From NCBI GenBank assembly GCA_021780105.1, contig JAJXZJ010000032.1:3615-67614 (forward strand): DNA of 64,000 bases, given 5' to 3'. Within the stretch, counting starts at the first letter, position 1. Each line of letters opens with the position of its first letter. Positions 1 to 9,436 of the stretch are shown here, in pieces. A program made the position numbers and the translations under genes. The stretch comes from a bacterium (lineage in GTDB: Bacteria; Verrucomicrobiota; Verrucomicrobiia; Limisphaerales; J093). The notes under the pieces were generated by a model. It was given only the letters and a program-made list of their open reading frames with translations. It had not been told where the DNA came from and did not search any database.

Positions 1-2218
1 CAAAGAAATCCAGCGTTGAGTAATAATCCCAGTCGCCGAGCGGGCTGGTGTCGTAATTCCAGTGCGCCAGCACGCTGCGGGTGCCGGCGGGCGAGATCAG
101 CGTAATGCGGACATCGGAGCGGCTGGGATGCGTGATGTTGGCGTTGAGCTTGATGTGCTCGCACAGGAGCGTGTTCGTGACCACCAGCGGGAAGCGGACG
201 GCATTCAGCTTCAACTGCGCTTGCACGTTGGTCGCCGACTGGAGGTAGCTGTGCAGCGCGTCACCGGAATTCTGGTCAATGAACACCGTGGGGATTGGGT
301 AATACTGGATGTCCACGCCGTCCATGAAGATGCGCTCGTTGCTGTTCTTGTTGTCATAAATGACGGCGAACCGCGCGCCGGCGGCCACGGCGTAGCCGAT
401 TTTCTGCGCGAAATAATTCACGCCGCGCTGGATCAACGCCGCCTTGCCGGTGAGGTCCTGGGTGATCGGCGTGAGCGCCTGGCCCACGTCCACCAGTGGC
501 AGAACTTCCGTGGGGTTGTCCGGATGCAGTCCGTCGCTGGGGAACGCCGGGATGGATTGGATGTTCACCGGCACGTTGGTCCCGGTGATGAGCACGCGCA
601 AGCCATCGTCGGGGATCGTCACGCCGCCGGCGTTCGTGGCGGCGACGTTGTTGGTCACGGTGATGTCCACGGCGGGCGGACGATTGGACCACGCCCGCGC
701 CAGAAACACGGCCTGACCGGTGTCCGGCACGCCGAAGCCGACGTTGTGGCTCACACGGAAACCGGCGCCGTTGGTCTGAATGTCCGGGTCGGCGAGGTCA
801 AGATGGCGTGCGGAAAAAATCAGCAGTTGCTGCACGTCGCGATACGTGAGCTGCGGATTGGCGGACAGAATCAAGGCGCACAAGCCGGCGATCTGCGGCG
901 TCGAGCCGGAGGTGCCGTCAAAACCAGTGTCGCCGAAGCAGTAATCCGGGTGGTTGGACGTGTCGGAGTTGTAGCCCAAGGCGCCGATGCGATCGGTGGT
1001 GAACAGGCTCGGATAATTGGTGGTGCCGCCATCCGGGGTGTCCACCAGAAAGTCGCCGGTGAAGGCGGCCACCAGCACGTTCGCGCCCGGCGTGCTGTAG
1101 CTGGCGGCGCGGCCGGTGCTCCGCACGCCGGCGACGGCAATCTCCCGCGGATCCTGCGTGTAGCCGTCGTCGTTGCCGTTGCCGATGGCGGCGTTGCCAC
1201 CGCCGTCGTCAAGCCGGTAGTTGCCTGCGGCGCGGACGAGCACCACACCCTTGCCGCCGCGGCCTTGCTGCACGGCATTCTGGATGCCGGTGTTCTCCAA
1301 CTCCGGCAACGGGCTTTGCGCGCCGCCAACGCTGCCCCAACTGTGGTTCTCGACGCTGACGGCGTTTGGGTGGAACTCATACATCTCCATCAGTTGCAGT
1401 TCGTCCGCGATGTTGTCGGACGCGTCCCAAATGACCCAGCTCGCCAGTTGCGCCGCCGGGGCGACGCCGGAAACGCCCACGCCGTTGTTGCCGACGGCGG
1501 CGATCAGTCCCGCGACCGCCGTGCCGTGCATCTGCGACGTGGACGGGTGCGAGCCGTCGGGCTGGCTCGTGGTGAAGTTCCACTGGTTGGTGTTGGTGAG
1601 GTTGGCGGCAAGGTCAGGGTGCGTCATATCCATGCCATCATCGGCGTCAGCCACCACCACCCCTTCGCCGCGCGTCACCGGCCAGGCCGCGCGGACGTTC
1701 AGGTCGAAACCCACCGGGACAGCGGTGGTCGGATCGCGGTCCTCCAAGTGCCACTGGCCGCTGAAGAATGGGTCGTTCGGCGCCGGCGCATAGGCCCCCT
1801 GGCGCTGGATCGCGCGGCGCCGGACCGGATGGCTCACCGTGACGCCCGGTAATGTGGCCAGGCGTTGGGCCTCGCGCGCGGCAATCACGGCGTCCGGCGC
1901 CCGGAGCACGAACAGATTCGATGTGACGGTAAGTTCCAGCTTGAGCGGGCTGGTGGCGAGCAGGTCAGGCAGCGCCGCCGGATTTGTCAGCCGCAAGACC
2001 ACCTGACTGCCGAATTGAATCAGGTTCGTCGGTCCGTGTTCGCGGCGGGCGCGCAGCCAGGCCGGCCCGGCGGCCGTCGTCGGTTTCACGCTCGGCATCT
2101 CAAACACATACGCCGTCGGCTGCGGCAGACGGAATTCAAACCGGCTGGTGCCGGCGGCGTGCAAATTCATCGTGATGCCGCCCAGCAACAACCATCCGCA
2201 AATCCAGAGACGCTTCAT
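1..2218 (-). CDS. Secreted S8 (kexin/furin-like) serine protease with proprotein-convertase P domain; runs off the window start
   Basis: Not in the ORF track because it has no stop in the window. Manual minus-strand translation from ATG 2218: signal-like MKRLWICGWLLLGG, PNDPFFSGQWHL, VVVADADDG (Asp), HGTAVAGLIAA (His), DGTSGSTPQIAG (Ser), then P-domain-like HPSRSDVRITLISPAGTRSVL. Confidence 0.85.
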   Translation of the reverse strand, partial: MKRLWICGWLLLGGITMNLHAAGTSRFEFRLPQPTAYVFEMPSVKPTTAAGPAWLRARREHGPTNLIQFGSQVVLRLTNPAALPDLLATSPLKLELTVTSNLFVLRAPDAVIAAREAQRLATLPGVTVSHPVRRRAIQRQGAYAPAPNDPFFSGQWHLEDRDPTTAVPVGFDLNVRAAWPVTRGEGVVVADADDGMDMTHPDLAANLTNTNQWNFTTSQPDGSHPSTSQMHGTAVAGLIAAVGNNGVGVSGVAPAAQLASWVIWDASDNIADELQLMEMYEFHPNAVSVENHSWGSVGGAQSPLPELENTGIQNAVQQGRGGKGVVLVRAAGNYRLDDGGGNAAIGNGNDDGYTQDPREIAVAGVRSTGRAASYSTPGANVLVAAFTGDFLVDTPDGGTTNYPSLFTTDRIGALGYNSDTSNHPDYCFGDTGFDGTSGSTPQIAGLCALILSANPQLTYRDVQQLLIFSARHLDLADPDIQTNGAGFRVSHNVGFGVPDTGQAVFLARAWSNRPPAVDITVTNNVAATNAGGVTIPDDGLRVLITGTNVPVNIQSIPAFPSDGLHPDNPTEVLPLVDVGQALTPITQDLTGKAALIQRGVNYFAQKIGYAVAAGARFAVIYDNKNSNERIFMDGVDIQYYPIPTVFIDQNSGDALHSYLQSATNVQAQLKLNAVRFPLVVTNTLLCEHIKLNANITHPSRSDVRITLISPAGTRSVLAHWNYDTSPLGDWDYYSTLDFF

Positions 2219-2413
2219 GGGTAATATGACCAACCACCGACTTCCGAAGGTAGGCAACGTGCGCAACGCCACCCAGCGTCACCATTAGCCGCTCCGGACA
2301 CGACAATAAAAGCAGGTTCTGGGCCGGGTCGAGTCAAAAGCGTCGGTCGGGTCGGTCGGGCTTGCGCCGCCGGCGAGTTGCGTTTACACCTGCCGCGTGA
2401 AAGGTTCTTACTT

Positions 2414-3781
2414 GTGAAATTGTGGTTTCCCTTGCTCCTGGCCGCCTGGTGCGCGGCGGTTCACGCGGCCGATTTGCCTCCGCTTATCCTGCCCGCGGGC
2501 GTGGGCGTGAACATTCATTTCAACCGCGGTCACACCAGGGACCTCGACCGCATCGCCGCCGCGGGCTTCAAGTTCGTTCGCATGGACCTCGGCTGGGAAG
2601 GCATCGAGCGCACCCGCGGTCAATACGACTGGTCCGCGCCGGACGAGTTGGTGACCAACCTCACCAGCCGCGGGATGCGGGCAATCCTGATTCTGGATTA
2701 CTCCAATCCGCTTTATGAGCAGACCGTGACCGCGCGGAACCCCGTCCTTGGCGGCGAACAAAAGGACGTCGCCTCGCCGCAGCACCCGGAAAGCATCGCG
2801 GCGTTTGCGCGCTGGGCGGCCGCCGCGGCGACGCACTTCAAAGACCGCCGCGTCATTTGGGAAATCTGGAACGAACCCAACATCTTCTTTTGGAAACCAA
2901 AGCCGGACGTGGCGCAATACACCGCGCTGGCGCTGGCGACGTGCCAGGCCGTCCGCGCCGCCGACCCCGAGGCCACGATCATTGGTCCCGCTTCGTCCGA
3001 GTTCCCCTTGCCGTTTCTTGAGGCGTTTTGCGCGTCCGGCGTGCTGGCCCAGCTTGACGCCGTGAGCGTGCATCCGTATCGCGATTACCGCCAACCGCCG
3101 GAAACCGCCGCGGAGGATTACGCGAAGCTGCGCCTGTTGATCGAGCGTTATGCGCCCATGGGCAAGAAACAGATGCCGATCATCAGCGGCGAGTGGGGTT
3201 ACGCGACGCACACGAAAGGTGTGTCGCTCGAAACGCAGGCGGCGTTCATCGTCCGGCAGCAACTCGCCAACCTCCTCGCCAGCGTGCCGCTGTCCATCTG
3301 GTATGACTGGAAAAACGACGGCGACGATCCCTCCGAGCGCGAGCACAATTTCGGCACGGTCCGGCCGGACCTGACGCCCAAACCGGCCTACACGGCAATC
3401 AAAACCATGACGATCGAACTGGCCGGCTGCCGCATCGTCAGGCGGCTCAACACCGGCAACGGAAAGGATTTTGTTCTGCTGTTCGCCGACGCGCACGGCG
3501 GCCAGAAACTGACGGCTTGGACGCTTGGTGAGCCGCATGAGATTGCACTGCCGGCGAGCTTGAGGCGGCGTGCCGAGATCAAAGGTGTCACCGGTCAGGG
3601 CAGCAAGTTCGGGTTGGAACTGACCGGAGTGGCGAAGGGCAACACGCTTGCATCGGCGGCGGCCGCCGATCATGCCAGCGTCCGGTTTGACGCGGATCGG
3701 CTGTGGATCGGCGTTGGCCCGGCGCCGGTTTTCCTGAGCCTCGAAGGCGTGCGGTTGCGTCCGGCTCCGGCGGGAAAATGA
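2414..3781 (+). CDS. Secreted clan GH-A glycoside hydrolase (GH5/GH39-like)
   Basis: Signal peptide from GTG 2414; WEIWNEPN acid/base motif, VSVHPY, ISGEWGY nucleophile. Confidence 0.8.
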   Translation: MKLWFPLLLAAWCAAVHAADLPPLILPAGVGVNIHFNRGHTRDLDRIAAAGFKFVRMDLGWEGIERTRGQYDWSAPDELVTNLTSRGMRAILILDYSNPLYEQTVTARNPVLGGEQKDVASPQHPESIAAFARWAAAAATHFKDRRVIWEIWNEPNIFFWKPKPDVAQYTALALATCQAVRAADPEATIIGPASSEFPLPFLEAFCASGVLAQLDAVSVHPYRDYRQPPETAAEDYAKLRLLIERYAPMGKKQMPIISGEWGYATHTKGVSLETQAAFIVRQQLANLLASVPLSIWYDWKNDGDDPSEREHNFGTVRPDLTPKPAYTAIKTMTIELAGCRIVRRLNTGNGKDFVLLFADAHGGQKLTAWTLGEPHEIALPASLRRRAEIKGVTGQGSKFGLELTGVAKGNTLASAAAADHASVRFDADRLWIGVGPAPVFLSLEGVRLRPAPAGK

Positions 3782-3793
3782 CGGGCTCAGGCG

Positions 3794-4678
3794 ATGAAGG
3801 CGCTGTTCATTCACGCTCATTTTGACGATTACGAATTCACGGCGGCCGGCACGTTCGAGTTGTGGCGCCGGCAGCTTGGTCAGGAATTCCAGGGCAAGGT
3901 GATCGTCTGCACCGACGGCGCCGCGGGACACCATTTTCGAACTCGTGAGGAGACCGCGCGTCTCCGGCTGGTGGAGCAACTGAACTCGGTGCGTTTGGGC
4001 GGCTATGAATTTGAGCTGCTGTCGCTGCCGGACGGCCGCGTTTCGCGGGAAGTCGGCCTGCGTGTGACGCCGGATTTTCTCGCGGCGTTGTGGAAGGCCA
4101 TCCGGGAATTCGAGCCGGATTATTTGTTCTGCCCGCCCTTGCCGGCCGACCCGCTGGCCGGCGTCCATCCCGACCACCTCACGGTGGCACAGGCGGTGCG
4201 TGAAGTGGGTTACCTCATCAATGTGCCGCACACGTTCACGCCGGAATATCCGGCCGATGAGACGCAATCACGGCCGTGCAAGACGCCGGTGATCATCGCG
4301 GTCTATGACGGCTACATGTTTGGCGAAAATGCGTTCGATCTCGCCGTGGACGTGGAGCCGGCGTTCGACGTGATTGCCGATATGAGCTGGTGCCACCAGT
4401 CGCAGATCACGGAATGGTTGCCGTGGGTGGGGCGTCACCAGATGGATGTGCCGCGCGACCTGACCGACTGGCGCGCCACGCTGCGCCGACGGTTCGAGCG
4501 GAAAAGCCGCGAGGTCGGCCTGGCCTCGGCGCACGCGACGGAGTTGTTCACCGTTACCGCGTGGGGCGAGGTGCCGGCATTCGAGGAATTGTCGCGCGAC
4601 CTGCCGGGGTTGTGTGTGGACGCCGCGCGGCAGGAGCGACTGCGTGTGAAGCTGGCGCGCTGGCGCGGCGGCGAGTAA
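3794..4678 (+). CDS. PIG-L/LmbE family N-deacetylase
   Basis: HAHFDD, TDGAAG, HPDH and HQSQ motifs. Confidence 0.85.
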   Translation: MKALFIHAHFDDYEFTAAGTFELWRRQLGQEFQGKVIVCTDGAAGHHFRTREETARLRLVEQLNSVRLGGYEFELLSLPDGRVSREVGLRVTPDFLAALWKAIREFEPDYLFCPPLPADPLAGVHPDHLTVAQAVREVGYLINVPHTFTPEYPADETQSRPCKTPVIIAVYDGYMFGENAFDLAVDVEPAFDVIADMSWCHQSQITEWLPWVGRHQMDVPRDLTDWRATLRRRFERKSREVGLASAHATELFTVTAWGEVPAFEELSRDLPGLCVDAARQERLRVKLARWRGGE

Positions 4679-4863
4679 ACCGGACCTTTCAATTCTGTCC
4701 TCTGAATAGGGGACATGCAAAAAGAGACATTCGATTTGCATGGAGGGCATCAGCGTGATTCACTCCTCTCAACGCCTGTCCCCGCCTTGGTTCGTCTGCA
4801 TTGGGCCGGTGGGTAACCCGACAAGCGCCCGAAACGCAAGCAACCACGCTGATCCTGCCAACC

Positions 4864-6885
4864 ATGAAACGCTCTTTGTCCGCCGCGCTGGTCACCGGCC
4901 TGCTCTTTGCAGGTGCCAGCGTGTTTGGTGCTTCAACCTCCGCCAACAGACCAACTGCCAATAACGCCGTTGGGAGAACGGCGTCGCCGCAAAAAGCGGA
5001 TCCGGTCCTGGTGCGGCTTTACCGGAGTCAGACCGGTTCGCCGGCGCGGGTCGCACCTTCAACCGTCCACACCCAGATCATGCCATCTGTCCACAATGGC
5101 GTTCTGATGGTGAACGCCATTGCAGATTCAAGCGCACAGAAACTGGCCAGCGATCTCGCGGCGTTAGGCATGTCGAGGCCCGTGGTGGCCGGCCGCATGG
5201 TTTCCGGCCCGCTGCCGGTGGCGGCAATCCCCAAACTGCAAAACCTGAAAAGCCTCCGCTTCGCGCGACCGTGCTGGACGGCCACCCGGACCGGCTTGAT
5301 CACGAGCGGCGGCGACCTCGCAATGCAGTCCGCCACGGCACGCGTTGAATTTGCGGTGGACGGCACGGGAGTCAACGTGGGCGTGCTGTCAGACTCGTTC
5401 GACTCGCTTGGCGGCGCGGGTTTGGGCGAGCTGTATAATGATCTGCCTCTGTCCGTGAACGTCCTTGAGGACATTGCGGCGGAAAACGGTCCTGGAACGG
5501 ATGAAGGCAGAGCGATGGCGGAAATCATTCACGACGTCGCGCCGGGAGCGGGCATTGCTTTCAATACTGCTTTCAATGGCGAGGCGGACTTTGCCTTGGG
5601 CATCCTGAACCTGGCTGACCCGCTGCGCGGCAACTGCAAGGTGATCGTGGATGACGTCATTTACTTCGACGAACCCATGTTTGCCGATGGCATCCTTGCC
5701 CAGGCGGTGAATGCCGTCGCCGCCAGCGGCGCGGTTTATTTTTCCTCGGCCGGTAATGACGCGCGGCAGGGATGGGAGGAGCCGGGTGGTTACCGGGCGT
5801 CGGGCGTGTTGGACACGGATGTCAATTACGGCGGGCAGATGCATGAGTTTGTGGCCGGCGGGAATCACACGACGCTCTTGCCCGTAACCTTCGACCAGGG
5901 GCAGACGATCATCGTTTTCCAATGGGCGCAACCCTACGCGAGCACCGGCGCATCGAGTCCCGGCGCCAGTGGTGACCTGGACGTTTATCTCTGCGACCGT
6001 GACGGAAATTATTTGGTGGATGGCAAAGGCTTCCGGATCGGCAGCTACAGCAACAACCTTGGCGGTGATCCCACGGAAATCTTCGCTTACCAAGCGTCCG
6101 CCAACAACACTCAGCTCGCATTGCGCATCCAGTGGTTCAGCGGGACGGCTCCGGCGGCGATGATGAAGATCGTCTGGTCGGGCGCGATGAGAGTTGATGC
6201 TCCCTTCAATACCGACAGTGGCTCGCTGTTTGGCCATGCCAACGCCACGGGAGCGTCCGCCGTCGGCGCCGCCCGTTATTACCGAACGACCGTATATGGG
6301 ATCGCGCCGCCGTTGTTGGAGAGCTTCTCCTCTGCGGGACCGATGGGCATCTTCTTCAATCCGGATGGAACGCCAGTAAACGCGGATGGGACACCGGAGA
6401 TTCGCCTCAAACCTGAGTTTATCGCGCCCGATGGCGGGAACACCACCTTCTTTGCGGCGGGATTGGACCCGGAAGGCGATGGCTGGCCAAACTTCTTTGG
6501 CACGTCGGCAGCAGCACCCCACGCCGCGGCCGTGGCCGCGTTGATGTTGCAGCAGGCGGCATTGACGCCCACCACAGTCAAGACGGCTCTGGAAGCGTCG
6601 GCGATAGACATGGCGTCGGCCGGATTTGACTACGACACCGGCTATGGTTTGATCCAGGCTGATCGAGTGTTGGCCGCCGTTCTTCCGCCACCCATTCAGT
6701 CCGCCTTTGATTTGAACGTTGACGGCTGCGTGGATGCCAGTGACCTCGCAGAGCTTCTGGCCGCCATTCGCGCGGGTTCTTCCTTGTCGAAGTATGACGT
6801 GAACAACGACGGGTTTGTCACCATGGCGGACGCGCGCATTTTGACCCGGCACTTTACCAATCCGGGCGGCGCGCCGTGTCACTAA
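4864..6885 (+). CDS. Secreted S8/S53-like serine peptidase with C-terminal dockerin-like module
   Basis: Signal peptide MKRSLSAALVTGLLFAGASVFG; GVLSDS, DEGRAMAEIIHDVAPGA, SSAGN, FFGTSAAAPH; C-terminal paired Ca-binding repeats DLNVDGCVDASD / DVNNDGFVTMAD. Confidence 0.85.
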   Translation: MKRSLSAALVTGLLFAGASVFGASTSANRPTANNAVGRTASPQKADPVLVRLYRSQTGSPARVAPSTVHTQIMPSVHNGVLMVNAIADSSAQKLASDLAALGMSRPVVAGRMVSGPLPVAAIPKLQNLKSLRFARPCWTATRTGLITSGGDLAMQSATARVEFAVDGTGVNVGVLSDSFDSLGGAGLGELYNDLPLSVNVLEDIAAENGPGTDEGRAMAEIIHDVAPGAGIAFNTAFNGEADFALGILNLADPLRGNCKVIVDDVIYFDEPMFADGILAQAVNAVAASGAVYFSSAGNDARQGWEEPGGYRASGVLDTDVNYGGQMHEFVAGGNHTTLLPVTFDQGQTIIVFQWAQPYASTGASSPGASGDLDVYLCDRDGNYLVDGKGFRIGSYSNNLGGDPTEIFAYQASANNTQLALRIQWFSGTAPAAMMKIVWSGAMRVDAPFNTDSGSLFGHANATGASAVGAARYYRTTVYGIAPPLLESFSSAGPMGIFFNPDGTPVNADGTPEIRLKPEFIAPDGGNTTFFAAGLDPEGDGWPNFFGTSAAAPHAAAVAALMLQQAALTPTTVKTALEASAIDMASAGFDYDTGYGLIQADRVLAAVLPPPIQSAFDLNVDGCVDASDLAELLAAIRAGSSLSKYDVNNDGFVTMADARILTRHFTNPGGAPCH

Positions 6886-6938
6886 CACTACCAAACGGCA
6901 ACCAACCGATCCACCCAACCCAAACCAACGACTCTGAT

Positions 6939-7628
6939 ATGAATACCCAGTTAACCGCCACGACGATCGGCGCCGGCTGTTTCGCCTTCGCGATGAACGT
7001 TTCCGCCGACCTGATCGTCTCGGTGCTGCCGGACGCGCAAACGATTCAAGTGGGCGAGACCACCAGCATTGCACTGGTCATCTCCGGCCTGCCTACCACG
7101 CAAGTTCCGGTTCCTGCCGCGGTGACCGGCCTCGGCGCTTACAGCCTGACTTTGGGCTTCGATCCCAGTGTGATCTCCGCCACGGCGGTCACGTTCCTCC
7201 CGCCGCCGGAATCCAAGCTCGACCTGGGCGTATTCGGCAGCCTGGAGCATTCCGATCTGACCATGCCGGGCGCTGTGGAATTGGACGAGACTTCGTTGGA
7301 AGACACCGCTGCGCTCCGCCAAAGCCAGTATGTCAACGTGGATTCCACCACGTTGACCGCGAGCTTTACCCTGGCCTCCATTTCGTTCACCGGTTTGGCT
7401 GTGGGCAGCGCGCCGGTCTATTTTCTGGCGGGGGATCTGTCGGATGCCGCGGGGTGGCCGCTCACCGGCAACGTCTTTGGTCTCGGCGGGACGATTACGG
7501 TGGTGCCTGAGCCGGCAGCGTTTGCCGTCGTTGCCGGGCTGGGGTTGGTCGCGTTTGCCTGGGTGCGAAAGCTCGGCCGGCACCAGGCGCATCCGCCGAC
7601 AAAGGATTACTCCACCCGCACGCGGTAG
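6939..7628 (+). CDS. Cohesin-like domain PEP-CTERM protein
   Basis: Signal peptide; QTIQVGETTSIALVISG...GLGAYSLTLGFDPSVI...LASISFTG pattern typical of cohesin beta-sandwiches; C-terminal VPEPAAFAVVAGLGLVAFAWVRK. Confidence 0.75.
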   Translation: MNTQLTATTIGAGCFAFAMNVSADLIVSVLPDAQTIQVGETTSIALVISGLPTTQVPVPAAVTGLGAYSLTLGFDPSVISATAVTFLPPPESKLDLGVFGSLEHSDLTMPGAVELDETSLEDTAALRQSQYVNVDSTTLTASFTLASISFTGLAVGSAPVYFLAGDLSDAAGWPLTGNVFGLGGTITVVPEPAAFAVVAGLGLVAFAWVRKLGRHQAHPPTKDYSTRTR

Positions 7629-8440
7629 AAGCGCGGCGTGGCGGTCGCGTTCGTGTCGAGCAGTTGCATCTCGCCGCCGGTGCCGTTGGTGCTGACCAGC
7701 GTCTGCCACGGTGCGACCAGATTCGTGGTGAAGTCCACGTTATTGACGAAATTGCTCAGGCTGTTCCAGGAGAGCAGCCGCGTGCCGTCGGCGTTGAGAT
7801 GCGCGGTCACTTGCGGCCACGCTGGTAGTGAGAAGTCGGTGTAAACCAGGTCGTTGAGTGTCGGAGCGCTGCTGAGCACCGGCAGCGTTGGCAGCGCGGT
7901 TCCCAGGTTGACATACCAGATGCCGTTGCTGGTGGACGTGTCATTGAACCGGTTCAGCAGATTCGTTCCCAGCAGGGTCGTGCCGAAGACCGTGAATCCG
8001 CCGTCCACGCCGTCGAGAAACGCGTTGTTCGTCAGGTTAATGAACCACTCTGAATTCGCCGAATTGGTCTGCCCGCCGACGCGCGCCATGGCGATCGTGC
8101 CGTAGGTGTTGCTGAACGTCCGGCCGACGTTGAACTCGTTGGTGATGTTTCCGAAAGTCACCACGGTGCTGAAGTCCGCGTTCGTCGTGTTGCGGTTGGT
8201 GATCCAATAGCCGCCTCCCTGGATGACGAAGCCCGGCTCCCAGCGCTGCACCATCGTGTCGCGGAACAGCCCGTTCGTGATGTAACGCTTGAAATTGCCC
8301 ACCGTCGCCGGCTTGTCGGCGTCGTAAAGCTGAAGCAGCAGGTCGCCGAGCGGCGTGTGGATTTGCACGAGGCTGTCGGCGCGGATCAAGGGTGGCGCCG
8401 ACATGATGATTGCAAACAAAACGTAGAAGAAACGTTTCAC
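7607..8440 (-). CDS. Secreted cyclophilin-type peptidyl-prolyl isomerase with extra C-terminal domain
   Basis: PATVGNF, RWEPGFVIQGGG, GTIAMAR, SANSEWFINL, FTVFG motifs; signal peptide; C-terminus ends RFYRVRVE. Confidence 0.85.
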   Translation of the reverse strand: MKRFFYVLFAIIMSAPPLIRADSLVQIHTPLGDLLLQLYDADKPATVGNFKRYITNGLFRDTMVQRWEPGFVIQGGGYWITNRNTTNADFSTVVTFGNITNEFNVGRTFSNTYGTIAMARVGGQTNSANSEWFINLTNNAFLDGVDGGFTVFGTTLLGTNLLNRFNDTSTSNGIWYVNLGTALPTLPVLSSAPTLNDLVYTDFSLPAWPQVTAHLNADGTRLLSWNSLSNFVNNVDFTTNLVAPWQTLVSTNGTGGEMQLLDTNATATPRFYRVRVE

Positions 8441-9288
8441 GCGGCGAAGCGTGCGGGAGTGGCGCGCTTTTTTGAAGCGGAATTTCGTCGCGGCAGGTGA
8501 CGTTCCAGTTGCGGCCGCAAGCGGCCGTTGTTGGCGTTAATCTCGAAGACGTGCTCGCCCGTCACCTGGCGGCACCAGAATTCGCCGCCGGCGCACTCGA
8601 CGATCAAGCCGCCGGCCGCGATGTCCCACAACCGCAGGCCCGGTTCGAGATACGCGTCAAACCGCCCGCTCGCCACGTAGGTCAGCGCCAGCGCCGCCGC
8701 GCCCATGATCCGCACCTTGCGGACGCGATGGGCGAGGGCGCCCAGCGCCGGCAGCATTCCCGCCAGCACCGCCGCTTCCTTCCCGAAGCCCAGCGAAATC
8801 ACCGCCTCGCCAAGCTGGTTGCGGTTGCTGACGCGAATCACCCGACCGTTCAACCGCGCCGGCTGCCCGCGGATGGCTGTCCATAACTCGTCGCAAAACG
8901 GATCGTAAACGACGCCCACCATCGTGGTGAACGACGCGTCATCGTCGCTTGCGGCGTGCCGCAGTTGGAGCGCAATGGACACGCAGGCGTGCGGAATGCC
9001 GTAGGTGAAATTCACCGTGCCATCAATCGGGTCCACCACCCAGCGCAGCAGCGAATCCGGGTCGCCGGCCACACCTTCCTCGCCGAGCACCGCCGTCGCG
9101 GGAAACGCCGCCAGCAGCCGGCGCGCGATCAGTTTCTGGCAGCGCACGTCCAGTTCCAGCTTGATGTCGTGCCGCGTGGTCGAATTGATGGTTTTGGGCG
9201 ACCGCAAATTCCGCCGCATCAATTGCCCGGCGGCCCGCGCCGCGGCAACCACCACGGTCAACGCGCGTTTTTGTTCGGTGAGTTTCAT
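8437..9288 (-). CDS. suhB: Inositol monophosphatase family protein (SuhB-like)
   Basis: GEEG, WVVDPIDGTVNF, GAAAL, WDIAAGGLIVECAGG motifs. Confidence 0.85.
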   Translation of the reverse strand: MKLTEQKRALTVVVAAARAAGQLMRRNLRSPKTINSTTRHDIKLELDVRCQKLIARRLLAAFPATAVLGEEGVAGDPDSLLRWVVDPIDGTVNFTYGIPHACVSIALQLRHAASDDDASFTTMVGVVYDPFCDELWTAIRGQPARLNGRVIRVSNRNQLGEAVISLGFGKEAAVLAGMLPALGALAHRVRKVRIMGAAALALTYVASGRFDAYLEPGLRLWDIAAGGLIVECAGGEFWCRQVTGEHVFEINANNGRLRPQLERHLPRRNSASKKRATPARFAA

Positions 9289-9436
9289 GATTCAGAATCC
9301 GGAACCGGCGCCGGGAAGTTGAACCGGCTGCCCGCCGCCGTCCAGATTTTCCGCGGCGGGCACGCGGCGTGGTTGACACAATCCGCCGGCGGCGCAAGCC
9401 TGCCATGGGGTTTCGGTGAACTGTCCACGGCATATC

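Noticed and set aside
62-1852. 596-aa plus-strand ORF
   Set aside because: Antisense shadow of the minus-strand S8 protease; no motifs, and an Arg/His/Val-rich composition typical of GC-rich shadows.
2408-4267. 619-aa minus-strand ORF (likewise 5389-7074, 14055-16331, 27380-29143, 47270-48967, 54258-55682, 56191-57651)
   Set aside because: All overlap well-supported genes on the opposite strand and lack recognisable domains.
7607-7628. Convergent 3' overlaps (cohesin gene/cyclophilin; also SGNH/cupin at 13716-13731)
   Set aside because: Short tail-to-tail overlaps are common in GC-rich genomes; no further signal.
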